Positions 36,801-47,500 of a stretch of DNA of 64,000 bases are shown here, in pieces. The notes under the pieces are model-generated. The model saw nothing but the letters and a program-made list of their open reading frames with translations. It was not told the DNA's origin and did not search any database. The position numbers and the translations under genes were made by a program. Position 1 is the first letter of the stretch. Every line of letters begins with the position of its first letter. This DNA comes from Cyanophora paradoxa CCMP329 (lineage: Eukaryota > Plantae > Glaucophyta): assembly GCA_004431415.1 (NCBI GenBank), contig QPMI01000470.1, positions 186,001-250,000 on the forward strand, in the 5' to 3' direction.

Positions 36801-39800
36801 GGCCGGGCTGGGCGGGGGTACAGGGCCTGCCTGGAGGACCTCTTCATGGGGAAGCTCCACGGCCTCACCTTCGTGCGCGTTCGCGTACCCCCCCTCTCCC
36901 TCCCCCCCTTTCCGAAGCTAAATCGGGCACGCGCGCAGGGGCTCGACGTCTGCTCGACGTACCACATGGGGGTCGACCTGCCCGAGGCGCGTACCCCCCC
37001 TCCCCTCCCCCCCCCTTTTCAGTTTTCTTACCCTCCTTTCTGCCTCCAGCTCGAGGCGATTGCGGAAGAAGTGGCTCGGGCGCGCCCCGCCTTCTTCATG
37101 GCCCTACCCGGCCCCAGGCGCGCTCCGCCCCGCCCGTAAAGAAGTTTTTGAAGCTTAAAGCGTAAGCTTAAGAAGCCGTAAATACCCCGCCCCGCCCGTT
37201 CCGTCCCGCCCCGTCCCGTCGTAGGATTTAGCCGCGGCGTTCAATGCCGGCAAGAGCCGCCTCCTCCCGCCCCTCTTCCGCGCCCCTTCCCAGTACAAGA
37301 TGGATCGCGCACTAGTACTAGCACTCCCGCCTCGCTTCCCTTCCCCGGCGGCCCCTAACTGGGCCGGGGCCGGCGGGCAGCGACCCGATGCTGAGCTACC
37401 TGTCGACGTCGGCGCGGCACGTGGCGCGCCTCCGCGCCGCCCGGCCCCACGAGCGCCGCGTGCGTAGATATAGCCCCCAACTCTCCGGGGATCCCTACCC
37501 CTCTCTTAGAAACGCCTGCGCCCCTGGCCTAAGCAAGCTTGAGTTACACCAATGTGACCGGTGCCCTCTCTGAACTCAGATGACTCGCCCGATGGCGGCG
37601 TTCCTTCGGGGGCTGGGCATCTGCGCCGCGGACGGATCCCTCATCCCCGGCCGCGCCGGCGACACCCCCCGCATGTCCGCCTGCCTTCCCCCCGGACCCC
37701 TGAAGCTCCTACCAGGCTAAGATAATTTAAGATGCAGCTTACAAGTAAGCTAAGATATTATCTAGATGTGAACCCACTCGAAAGCTTACGTACACGGCGC
37801 GCATAGTCCTTTGATCTCTCTGACCCACGGCCTTAAGCTTACCACCATCATATCTCATCTCATCATGCTGACCCCGAGAGCCCATCACGCGTACGGCAGG
37901 TACGCGCTCTACCGGCGGCGCAAGGGGGACGCGCGCCCCTGGGGCGATCTCCTCTCGGAGGCCCGCGCCGCCCTCGCCAGGCTCCAGGTCAGACCCGATC
38001 CGATCCGATTCGATCCGAGGCGTAACGCCGACCAGCATTAGCCAAGCTTAAGCTATACATAGTTCGAAGATGAGAGCGCGCCGCGTAGAGCTCGGAGGCG
38101 CGAGCCTCGCCCCCCGCTGACTCGATCGCCCTGCACGCAGGCGCGAGGCCTCGACGTCGGGTTCGAATCCCCGCCTCGCTTATTTGTGGATCGAAACGCC
38201 CGGCCCCCGGCCTCTATAGCTAGATCTTGGCCCCGAGCGATCCTCGCCCGAGCGATCCGTGATAGAACCCCCTAAATTCTCTCCCTTTAAACTTCGCCGC
38301 CCCTCGCTCTTCTCCCGGAGTCCTCTCACTCACTCACCCCCGCCCCCAAGGTACGGGCACGACGGGGCGTTTGGGGACCCGCCGGCCGTCCGCGCCCGCC
38401 TCGAGCGCGTCTACGCCCAGGCCAAGGTCCGATCTGATCTGATCTGAGCTGATCTGAGCTGATCTGACCCGATCTAATTTGATCCGATTCGATCTGGTAT
38501 AGAGCGCATGATTTGCGACACATTTATATAATTAATCATCTAAGCGATAACTCGACTCTGATCTGATATAATCGGATCTGATCTGACAGCGGGTGCTGCG
38601 GGAGGGGATGGACGTGCCCCGCCTCCTCCGCTCCGCCCCCTCCCTCCGCGACGGTGCGGCCGTGCCCCGGCCCCGGCCGGGGTACAGGAGGCGCCTCGCG
38701 ATCGCCTCCTGACTGAGCCGCCCCGGCAGCGCTGGTCGTCCACACGGCTTCCCGGGACCGCGAGGAGTGCGCTCCTTTCTATGGTCTTCTGTAGCATTTA
38801 CTAGCTGTTCTTCCATTTCTTGCATAGATAAAAAAGCCTTATCTCTGGTGGTCAGCTGTATTGAGGCGGCCCCCTCATACGAGTGCGCGCAGGTACCTCC
38901 TGCGGCCGGCGAGCGGCGAGGCGCTGGCGCCCTCCGCGCCGGCAGCCCTGGCGCCCCTCCGCGCCGCCCTGCGCGCCGCCGCCGCCGCCGCCGGCTCGGG
39001 CGCGGGCGGCGGCGCCCTCCTCCAGATCGTCGTCTCGGACGGTGCGGTACCCCGGTCTTATACATCCGATCTGATCTGATCCGATGTATCTGATCTGATC
39101 TGATGTATCTGATCCGAGCAGGCCTGAACCGCGAGGCGGTGGAGCGCCCGGGGGCCCTGGAGCCCTTCCTGGCGGCCCTCGCCCGCGCCGCCACCGAGGG
39201 GGGCGCGGGGGGCGCCCGCCCGGGCCCCGCCCCGCGGGCCGTGATCCTTCCCAACGGCCGCGTCCGCGCGGGGTGCGTGCGCATGCGCGCGCAGCATCAG
39301 TAAACAACGTTAACTAAACTAAACTAAAGACAACTAATTGTGTAATTGAGCGGGACTGCTATGCTGACGCTCTCTAACAGGTACGCGGTGGGGCGGGAGC
39401 TCTTCGGCGGGCTGGCGGACCTCGGGTCCGGCGCCGTACCTGGAGCTCAGATCAGATCAGATCTGATCTTTAGGGAGGCCGGCGCCGGCGCCGGCGCCGG
39501 CGCTGAGTGTATGTGCGCCCTGGTGCACGTCGTCGGCGAGCGCCCGGGCAACGGCCACCACACCTACTCCGCGTGCGCTCCTCCTCCCTCCCCTCCGCTC
39601 CCTCTCCCACTAACCTATCCGTGACAAAAAGATAAACTAAACTATCCGCTCCCCCGCTCCCTCTCCCACTAAACTATCCGTGACAAAAAGATAAACTAAA
39701 CTATCCGCTCCCCCGCTCCCTCTCCCACTAAACTATCCGTGACAAAAAGATAAACTAAACTATCCGCTCCCCCGCTCCCTCTCCCACTAAACTATCCGCT

Positions 39801-40375
39801 CCCTCTCCCACTAAACTATCCCTCTAAACTCTCCCACTAACCTATCCCTCACCCTTCCAAAAGATACGTGACGGCGGCGGGGGCGGGTCGGTGGGCGCGG
39901 GCGCCCCTGGACCACTGCGACGCCTTCGTCGTCAGGTGCGCGAGCACGCGCGCTACATACGTTACTAATTATGCATCTAGCATCTGCTTATAGATCCTAT
40001 CGATCCTGCAGCGGCGTCTCGGAGGAGGCGATAATTTTATAAGATATAGATATAAGATATATATAATTCTAGCATCTGACTGTAATTCCTATATATCGCA
40101 CGCTACATACATAAGAGATCCTATATAGCATTGCTTAGAATTGCTTATAATTATGTAATTCCTATCGATCGTGCAGCGGGATCTCGGAGGAGGCGACGCG
40201 GCCCGAGGCGGCAGCGCGGGAGGTCTGGTCCCTCCTCGCCCCGCGCCTCGCGGGGCCGGCGGGGGAGGGGGCGGAGGGGGCGGAGGGCAAGCTCGAGGAG
40301 GCGGCGGAGGGGGAGGGGGAGGATCCGGAGGAGGGCCCCGACTCCAAGCGGCAGCGGCGGGGGCCGGGGGCGTGA
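33807..40375 (+). CDS. eutBC: Fused ethanolamine ammonia-lyase large + small subunit (EutB-EutC), intron-containing
   Basis: EutB exons: RANEFKEGD..ERAAAR, TIGDLRSFLL, GLRSEVIAGVCKLMSN, GAEGYLSSR/IQPNSPTDD, EGLSYGCGDALLGIN, WCVLGHIDAQ, FQSIGGTE, YFETGQGS, GVDMVTLEARAHGLAR, VAGFIGPE, CLEDLFMGKLHGL, GLDVCSTYH, DPMLSYLSTS. EutC exons: LQIVVSDG/LN, NGRVRAG/YAVG, VVGERPGNGHHTYSA/Y, DHCDAFVV/SGISEEATRPEAAA. Stop TGA at 40373-40375. Confidence 0.92.
39600..39845. repeat. Intronic minisatellite, 59-bp unit, about 3 copies plus partial units
   Basis: Unit CTATCCGTGACAAAAAGATAAACTAAACTATCCGCTCCCCCGCTCCCTCTCCCACTAAA repeated at about 39615, 39674 and 39733. Confidence 0.9.
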
Positions 40376-41317
40376 TCGATCGCGCCGTCCGCGCCGCGCC
40401 GCGCCGCGGCGCCCGGACGTCGACCGACCTCATGATCACCGGAGATCAACGTTAACATGTACATAATTTATGTTATAAGGCTGCAGCTGTTTCCTTTCTT
40501 TTCTAGATCTTGGGTTTCGGACGAACTCGCACGCATACTTTGACAGTTGACGTTTTAATTTCTCGTCACTGCGGACGCCATACGCTCGCAGTTGTGTTGT
40601 ACTGTATGGGGAATGTAACAGTGGGTCGGGCAGCATTCGCTAGCGCTGCATCGCATGTGCTTTAGATACTACTAGATAGCAATAGATAGATTCAGCATTG
40701 GCTTCGACGATCTGTAGATGCCTATAGCTAGTAGCCAAATCGAAACGTGTACGTACTATATATATATATATCGCTTGAAAGGTGCACAAATCAAAGAAGC
40801 TCGATCGAGAGGAATATAAGTGGCACTAAGTAAACGACAAATCGACAAAGAGGGACGACGAAACCGGATCTCTCCAACTTCGAAATCTTCAGAGCGGACC
40901 ACGAGGAGGGGGGGCGGGAGTCTACTAGTTGATGGGAATGTTAACTGTACTTAAACTGCTGCCGATACCAATGCACGAAGAGGGTCCGGCAGGGCCGGGG
41001 GCCGGGGCCCCCGCCGCTGCGCCAAAAATTGCCTATTTACAAAAATCCGTCTAGGCCCGATCGGGGTCCGACGTCGACCGACGGCGCCCGAAGAGGGGTG
41101 GAATGGGTGCGGTGCCGCGGCGTAGTTAGAGCAGCCGGAGCCGGGCGCCGGGGTCCGCCCGCTCGCGCCACGCCGTGCCGCCCGCGCCACGCCGCTCGGG
41201 CCCCTCAGGCGTAGCGGTGGATGAGGTGGAGGCCGCTCCGCCCGCGCCGCCCCCGCCACGCCGCCCGCGCCACGCCTGAGGCGTAGCGGAGGGCCCCGCC
41301 CCGCCCCGCGGCTCGGC

Positions 41318-43361
41318 TCAGGCGTAGCGGTGGATGAGGTGGAGGCCGCTCTCCGTCTCGACGACCTCGGAGACCTCGCCCACCGGCAGCGCGAACCTGG
41401 CGAAGGAAAGAGGAGGGGGAGCCGGGTGAGCCTCGCGAGCCAGGGCCGGGGCCAGGGCCGGGGCCGGGGCGTCCTCGGCTGTCTAGTGAGGAAAGGAGTG
41501 GAGGCTAGTCTAGTGAGCCTCCCGGGCCTCCGAGCCTCGGGAGACCCGCGGGCCTCGCGGGCCGAGGCAGGGTCTCCGCTATCTCCGCTCTCTGGCGGGG
41601 CGGGGCGGGGCGGGGCGGGCGCACGCGGCGTTCTCGAAGGAGCGCTGCATCTGGCCCCGCCCGAAGAAGCCGAGGTCTGGCGCGAAGCGCAGCCTCAGCC
41701 AGCGCGCGCGGCCTCAGCCTCACGCGCGCGCGCAAAGCTAAGACATACTAATAGATCGAGGGCTAAGTTCTGAGAGCTAAGTTCGCGGCCTCGCCGCAGA
41801 AAGCGTGGAGCGTGGAGCGTGGAGCGTGGAAAGCGAGCGCGCACCGCCGCCCTTCTTGGCCGAGGAGCAGTCCGACTCGGCGCGGGCCACCTCCTCGAAC
41901 CGGGCCGCCCCGGACACGATCCGCGCCCGCAGCGCTGCGCGGGCGAACGGGCGAGCGTTAGCTTGGGCGCCGGCGAGCGTCGACGCCCTCTTCTCCTCTC
42001 TTCCTTCGTCTGTCGCTGCGCACCGGCGATGATGGCGAGGGCCTCCTCCTTGGAGCGCGTGATTGTCTCCTGCTTCCAGCTGGAGGGCCGCCGCGACTGC
42101 GCGTGCTTGACGAGGACGTGCGCGCAGTGGACCTGGTTGCTTGTGCACGCCTCCCCCGCTTCACCAGGACGTGGCGCGGCCTTGGCGCGCTTGGCCTCCG
42201 CCTCCGAGTCGCTCCGCGCCCGCTGCTCCTTCTTCTCCTTGTCCGCGCGCCTGCGCTCCTCGTCCTCCTTGCGCTTGCGGGCCGCCGTGGACGGCGACGC
42301 CATCAGCTCCGAGCGCGAGTGGTACGGCGGCGTCGGCGGCCGCGCCGTGACCGTGCCGTTGGCGCTCTCGTCCATCCGCTTGTCGCGGTCGTGCGAGGGC
42401 GAGCGCCGGTGCACGACGGGCGACGAGCGCGGCGAGGGCGACGCCGTCGCTGGCGACCCGGCGTCCGACGCCAGCGGCGGCGGCGTGTCGACGGCCCCTG
42501 CGTCCAGGCCGGTCACGGAGGCGGGCGGGCGGGCGGGCGGGCGGGTGTGGCACGCCTCTCAGAATGTATGTCCGCGTGCTTCCGCCAAAGGTAACGGCCG
42601 CGCCATCGGAGAGCCTGAACGGAAGCTTCGGCTGGATGCGCTTCCCGTCTACGAAAGTCCCGTGCGCTGCGCCACGACGACTCCGGTCAGACGCGTGCGT
42701 GCGCGAGGCGGGTCGGGCGGGGGCCGGGCTGGCGCGCCTGAGTGCAGGTCTCTGCGGGCGGCAGGAAGATAGCATGTGCAACGCGGGTGAGTGGGCAGAG
42801 AATACGGGGCGGCCGGGCCGGGCAGGCGGGGAGAGGGGCCGGCCGCACATGATGTATACGTCGCCTGTGCGACCGTCAGCGCGGCGCGCTCGCGGCGGCG
42901 CGACGCGCAGTGCACGCACCCTGCGGATCGAAGGCGATCGCCGCGTGCTGCCGCGAGATGCTCTGGTGGTCGAGGACGAAGTTTGAAGATCTGCGGCCTC
43001 CAGTTAGCTCTCTGCACCTTCCCAGGCCGCCGATCGCGGTCGCAAGCGGATCTATTAAGCATATTCCGCCCACGGCAAGCGCCTCGCGCCGTGGACGCGG
43101 CCCCCGACGCACGCTTGCCGCCCAAGGAGGGCGTACTTCAAGCTGAGCGGGAGTTCTTCAATCTTCTTGTCGGCCTTGAAGCATTCCAACCGGGTGCCGC
43201 TGGTCTTTGGCACGGTGCACCTGCGACGTCTCGGTCGGCACGAGCGGTTTGAGCGACGGGGAAGTGAAGGGGGAGGCTGACCAGTCGGGGATCGCGTCAA
43301 CCTGCGAGGGAGATTGTCCTGGAGACACTGAGGGGCCTGGACTCCTTCCAGGTGGCTCCAT
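41318..43361 (-). CDS. FHA domain + Pin1-type parvulin peptidyl-prolyl isomerase
   Basis: FHA part: [49 protein letters not shown]. Parvulin part: [82 protein letters not shown] then stop. Confidence 0.9.
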
Positions 43362-43468
43362 TCTGCGATGGATTCTGGGGGTACACACCTTCTCCAGTTG
43401 GTGGCAAGGCCGAACGCAGCGATGAACGAAAGCATGAGCTAATAGCGCTGCGGACACTGAGCGAGACC

Positions 43469-44540
43469 ATGGAGAGCTGGGCCGCGGAGCTAGCCGCCCT
43501 TGCGGCCCGGCCGGAGGGTTCCTGGGAACAGCACAAGCCGGTGCGCCGCAGCGTCCCTCCCTGGCGCGGAGCTGCGCAATGCACCAGGCTGCGCGTAGCT
43601 AATCGCTCCCACGCCCCGCAAAGGTTGCCGAGCGTCTGTGGGAGGCTGTGAAGGGCGCCAGGGACCCGCAGCAGAAGAGGGCATGGCTCCAGGTCCCGGC
43701 GCTGGCAGTCGCGGCCCGGGTAGCCTCGGCCCGTCCTCCACGCCCCCGTCCCAAAACTGATCGGACTGCGCCCCTCGCAGCTTGCGTGCCAGCACGCTGC
43801 CTCCCTCCCCCTGGGATCAATGGAGCCGCTGGAGCTGGTATGTCGCCCGCGTAAGCGCGAATCCCGCCGCCCGCCCGCGTCCAACGCTCCGCCCAGGTCT
43901 GCAGGCACCTCTCCGAGGGCTGCCCCGAGGCGGCGGACGCGCTGGTCGGGATGCTGCAGTCGCGCATCGAGAGGCACGTGGCGGAGCGGCGGGGCCGCTG
44001 CATCGGCTGCGCGTCGCTGGTGGCCGCCTGCATGCCCGTCGCCGCATTCAGCGAGGTCCGCGCCGCGCCGCCCGCGCCGCCGGCCCGCCGCTGACGCGCC
44101 GAAGGCTGCCGTGCGGAACGGCTTCCTCGTTCCTGGCCTGCTGGACCTCTACGGCGACTGCTCCGCATACATCGCGGCGGCCTCGCAGCAGGCGGCAGGC
44201 CCCGCTCCGCCCGGCGCGCCGCAGACGTACGACGAGACCTTTCGGAGCGTGGACACGTTCGTCACGGGCGAGCTCGCCACTCCGCACCCGGCCGCGTCCA
44301 GCGCGGACGTCACGGCCCGAAAGGAGTCTCTCGCGGCCACCGGCACCGACCGCGCCGACGGGTTCTCCACCATCCCTTTCGCGGCGCGTCTTCCCTTCTT
44401 TCCTTTCTTTTCCTTTCTCTTTCTGAGGGGGCGGGCAGGACGACGACCTGGACGCGTCGCAGTCGTTCGTTGGGAGCCCGGGGGGCTCCCCCCGTGGCCC
44501 AGGGACCGCCAAGGGGGCCGCGAAGTACCAGATCGGCGGC

Positions 44541-44579
<39 letters not shown>

Positions 44580-47500
44580 CCGGTGCGCCCCCCCGCCGCC
44601 GCTCTCGCCGCCCGCCCGCCCCGCTGACGCGGAGCGCAGCACGGGTCGCCGCTGCGGGTGCCACCCCTCCGTCAGACGCTGCTGGCGCTTAGCCGCTCGA
44701 CGGGGCTCATCGAGGGGGCCCGCACGACCCTCGCCGACGAGCTGGGCAGCCCGCTGGCGCCCCCAGGGGCCGTCCCGACCGAGGGCGAGGCGCCCGGGCG
44801 TACCAGCCCGACCCCCAGCAAGGTGCCTCGCCTCAAGCTGCCCTTCCGTGTGGAGGCGGCCCCGCAGGCGGCCTACTCGCGCTCCACGCGGCGCCTCCGG
44901 AGCCGCCTCAGCTCGCAGCCGGGGTCGGCCGTCCCCTCGGGGCGGGCCGAGCACTACGACGCCGCAGGCGCCGGCTCGGCGCCCCTCTCGCCGCCGCCGC
45001 TGAGCGTCCTGCCCCCCGACTCGGGCGGCGACCCGCGGGATCCGATGCTGTCGCCCCCTCTTCGGGCCGTGGTGGAGGACGAGGGCACGGGCGGCCCTCC
45101 CGGCGGCGGCGGCGCCGGCGGCGGCGGGTTCGGCGCCAGCCTGGGCCAGGGCCTGGGTCTGGGCCTGGGCGTCGGCGGCATGCTGCGGGCCACGGCCGAG
45201 CTGGAGTCGGTGCTCCGGCGCCTCCGCTCGGCCCGGGACGAGCTCTCCGAGCTGGCGGGGAACCTGGGCGAGACGTTCCTGATGGCCGACCTCGGAGGCC
45301 TCGTCTCGCACAAGGTGGGTGGAGAGGGCGGGGGTAAGATTCGGAGTCGCTGACTCTGCTTCTTCCCTTCGCGATCCGCAGCGCGACGCGGAGATCGTGA
45401 ACACGCGGCGGACGCCCCGGTCGGCTCGGCACACGCCGCGCGAGGCCGGGGCGAAGCTGGGCACGGGTACCCCCCGGGACGCGGCCGGCATCGCCAAGCA
45501 CAAGCTGGAGCTCCAGGCGGCGGCGGCCGCCGCCGTCGGGCGCTCGGTGGTCGCGCTGGGCCCTGAAGGCGCTCTCGCCATCCGCGTCAAGGCCGCCGTC
45601 CTCGAGGCGCTCTGGGCCCTCTACGGCCTCGCCGCGCCCCCGGAGCGCCTCGCCGCCCTCCCTTCGTTCGCCAACATGCTCTTCTCGGACCTCGTGTTCA
45701 TCTACCGGTACCGCCCCCACCCCTCCTTCTTTCCACCTGTACCCGCCTGAGGGGGCCCTCCTCCTCCGGCAGGCACGGGCAGCAGCACGGCCTGCAGGCG
45801 CGCGTCGCGGAGCTGGCGTTCCGCCTCCTCTCCGTCACGGCGTGGCGCGCCGAGTGGGCCCAGGCCGGGGACGAGCCGTGGCGCCTCCTCACCGCCCACG
45901 CCTCCTCGGCCCCCGAGCGCGCCGCGGCGCTCCGGTGCCGCCTGGACCCGGTTCCCCTCCGGCTCCGCTCCCGCCTGGAGGCACTCCTCGCGAACGCCCC
46001 CGCGCCGGCCCCGCCGCCCGCGCACGACTCGGCTGTCGTCCTCCGCTGCCTGGGGGACTACCTCCGACTCTGCCGGACACGCTCCTCCGCCCTCCAGGCG
46101 CGCTCCGTAGTACCCCCTTACCCCCGTACCCCCCCGGCCCCGCTCAGACGGGCGGCTCAGATGGCGAGCGTGGCGCTGCCGCCGCTGGTGGCGATCAAGC
46201 ACCGCCTGCTGCTGAGGGGGAAGCTCTCATCCTCGAACGCCCCCGCCCTCGCCCCGATCGCCCACCACATCCTGTGCGCGCGTACCCCTCCCCCGCTCCT
46301 CCCCCACTTCTGACGAGGTGTACCCCCCCAGGGTCGTCTTCGGAGAGCTGGCGCGGCAGTGCCGGCACCGGCACCTTGCCGAGCTCCTCGTCGGCCTCTT
46401 CTGGGAGAGCGAGGACGCCGCCTCGTGGTTCGACACGTACGCCGGGCAGCTCCTCTGCAACCCCCGCATCGCCTCCCGCGTCCTCCTCGCTCCTCTACCC
46501 CCCGACGACCCCGCCGGCCCCGGCCCCGGGCCCGTGCCCGGCCCGGGGCCCGTGCCCGCCCTCTCCCCGCCGGCCGCCTCGCCGTCGCCCGTACCCCCCG
46601 CCCCGCCCCCGCCCGCCGCCGTCTTCGTACCCCTCGAGGAGCTCCGCCTCCGCGTCGCCCTCCACTACCTGGTACCCCCCAACTCTTCCCCCCCCCTCTA
46701 AGCCTTACCCCGCCCGGCAGACGTACGTGGACCTGCTGGAGAGGCTCTACGAGGGGCGGGAGGGCGAGGACGAGGCGCCGGCGCCGGCGCCGCGGGCCCC
46801 GAACGGGCGGCGGCCCTCCCTGGGGGTCGCCGAGCTGCCGGGGCCCCTCCGGCGCAAGCGGCAGCTCCTGCTCCGCCTGGACTTTTTCCTGTCCCCCGAG
46901 GACGGCGTGGCCCCCAAGTTCCTCTACGAGCAGGGTACCCCCCTCATCCCAGGCCCGGGGTACGGCGAGCAGCAGCTGGACGTCCGCTGCGCCCTCCTCC
47001 GCCTCGTCGCCGCCGCCTTCTCCGCGCGGGGCTCCCCGTTCCTCGAGCGCCGCTACACCGACTACTACGTCCGGTACCCCCGTACCCCTCCACCCGCCCC
47101 GACCCCTTCGAGAAAACCCTCCTGACCCGATTCGAACCCGTCCCAGGGTCGTCTTCGTGAACTTCGTGAAGCTGTACAACGCGCAGGTCCCGTACCGCCC
47201 GCGGGACGCGGCCGCCCTCGACCTCTGCCGCGCCCACCTCCAGGCGCGTTATTTAATCGCGTACCCCCCGCCCGGCCGTCCCCTTGCCGGCTTTACCGAG
47301 CGGGCGTACCCCCGGCAGGTCCTCCTCGCGATCGCCCACTCGAAGACGGAGGACGTCACGAACCGATTCTACCAGCTCCGCGTCATGAACTACCTGGTAC
47401 CCCCGCCCCCGCCCGTCCGCGTACCCCGGTCCCGAACGGAAGGCGTACCCCCCAGGTGCGGGAGATCGATCTCGAGTTCGAGATCACGACGATGCGGGAG

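Noticed and set aside
38425-39115. (GATCT)n-type intronic repeats as a regulatory array
   Set aside because: They look like degenerate microsatellite, with no further evidence of function.
39600-39845. Possible CRISPR array
   Set aside because: Units are head-to-tail with no unique spacers, lie in a eukaryotic intron, and no cas genes are present. The same applies to the coding repeat at 48588-49340.
2846-40375. Metabolic cluster linking the Moco sulfurase (aldehyde oxidase activation) with acetaldehyde from EutBC
   Set aside because: The genes are about 26 kb apart with unrelated genes between them. The sulfurase is a general housekeeping gene, so there is no evidence of linkage.
33807-40375. 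Bacterial contamination as the source of eutBC
   Set aside because: The gene has many spliceosomal-type introns in the same style as neighbouring eukaryotic genes.
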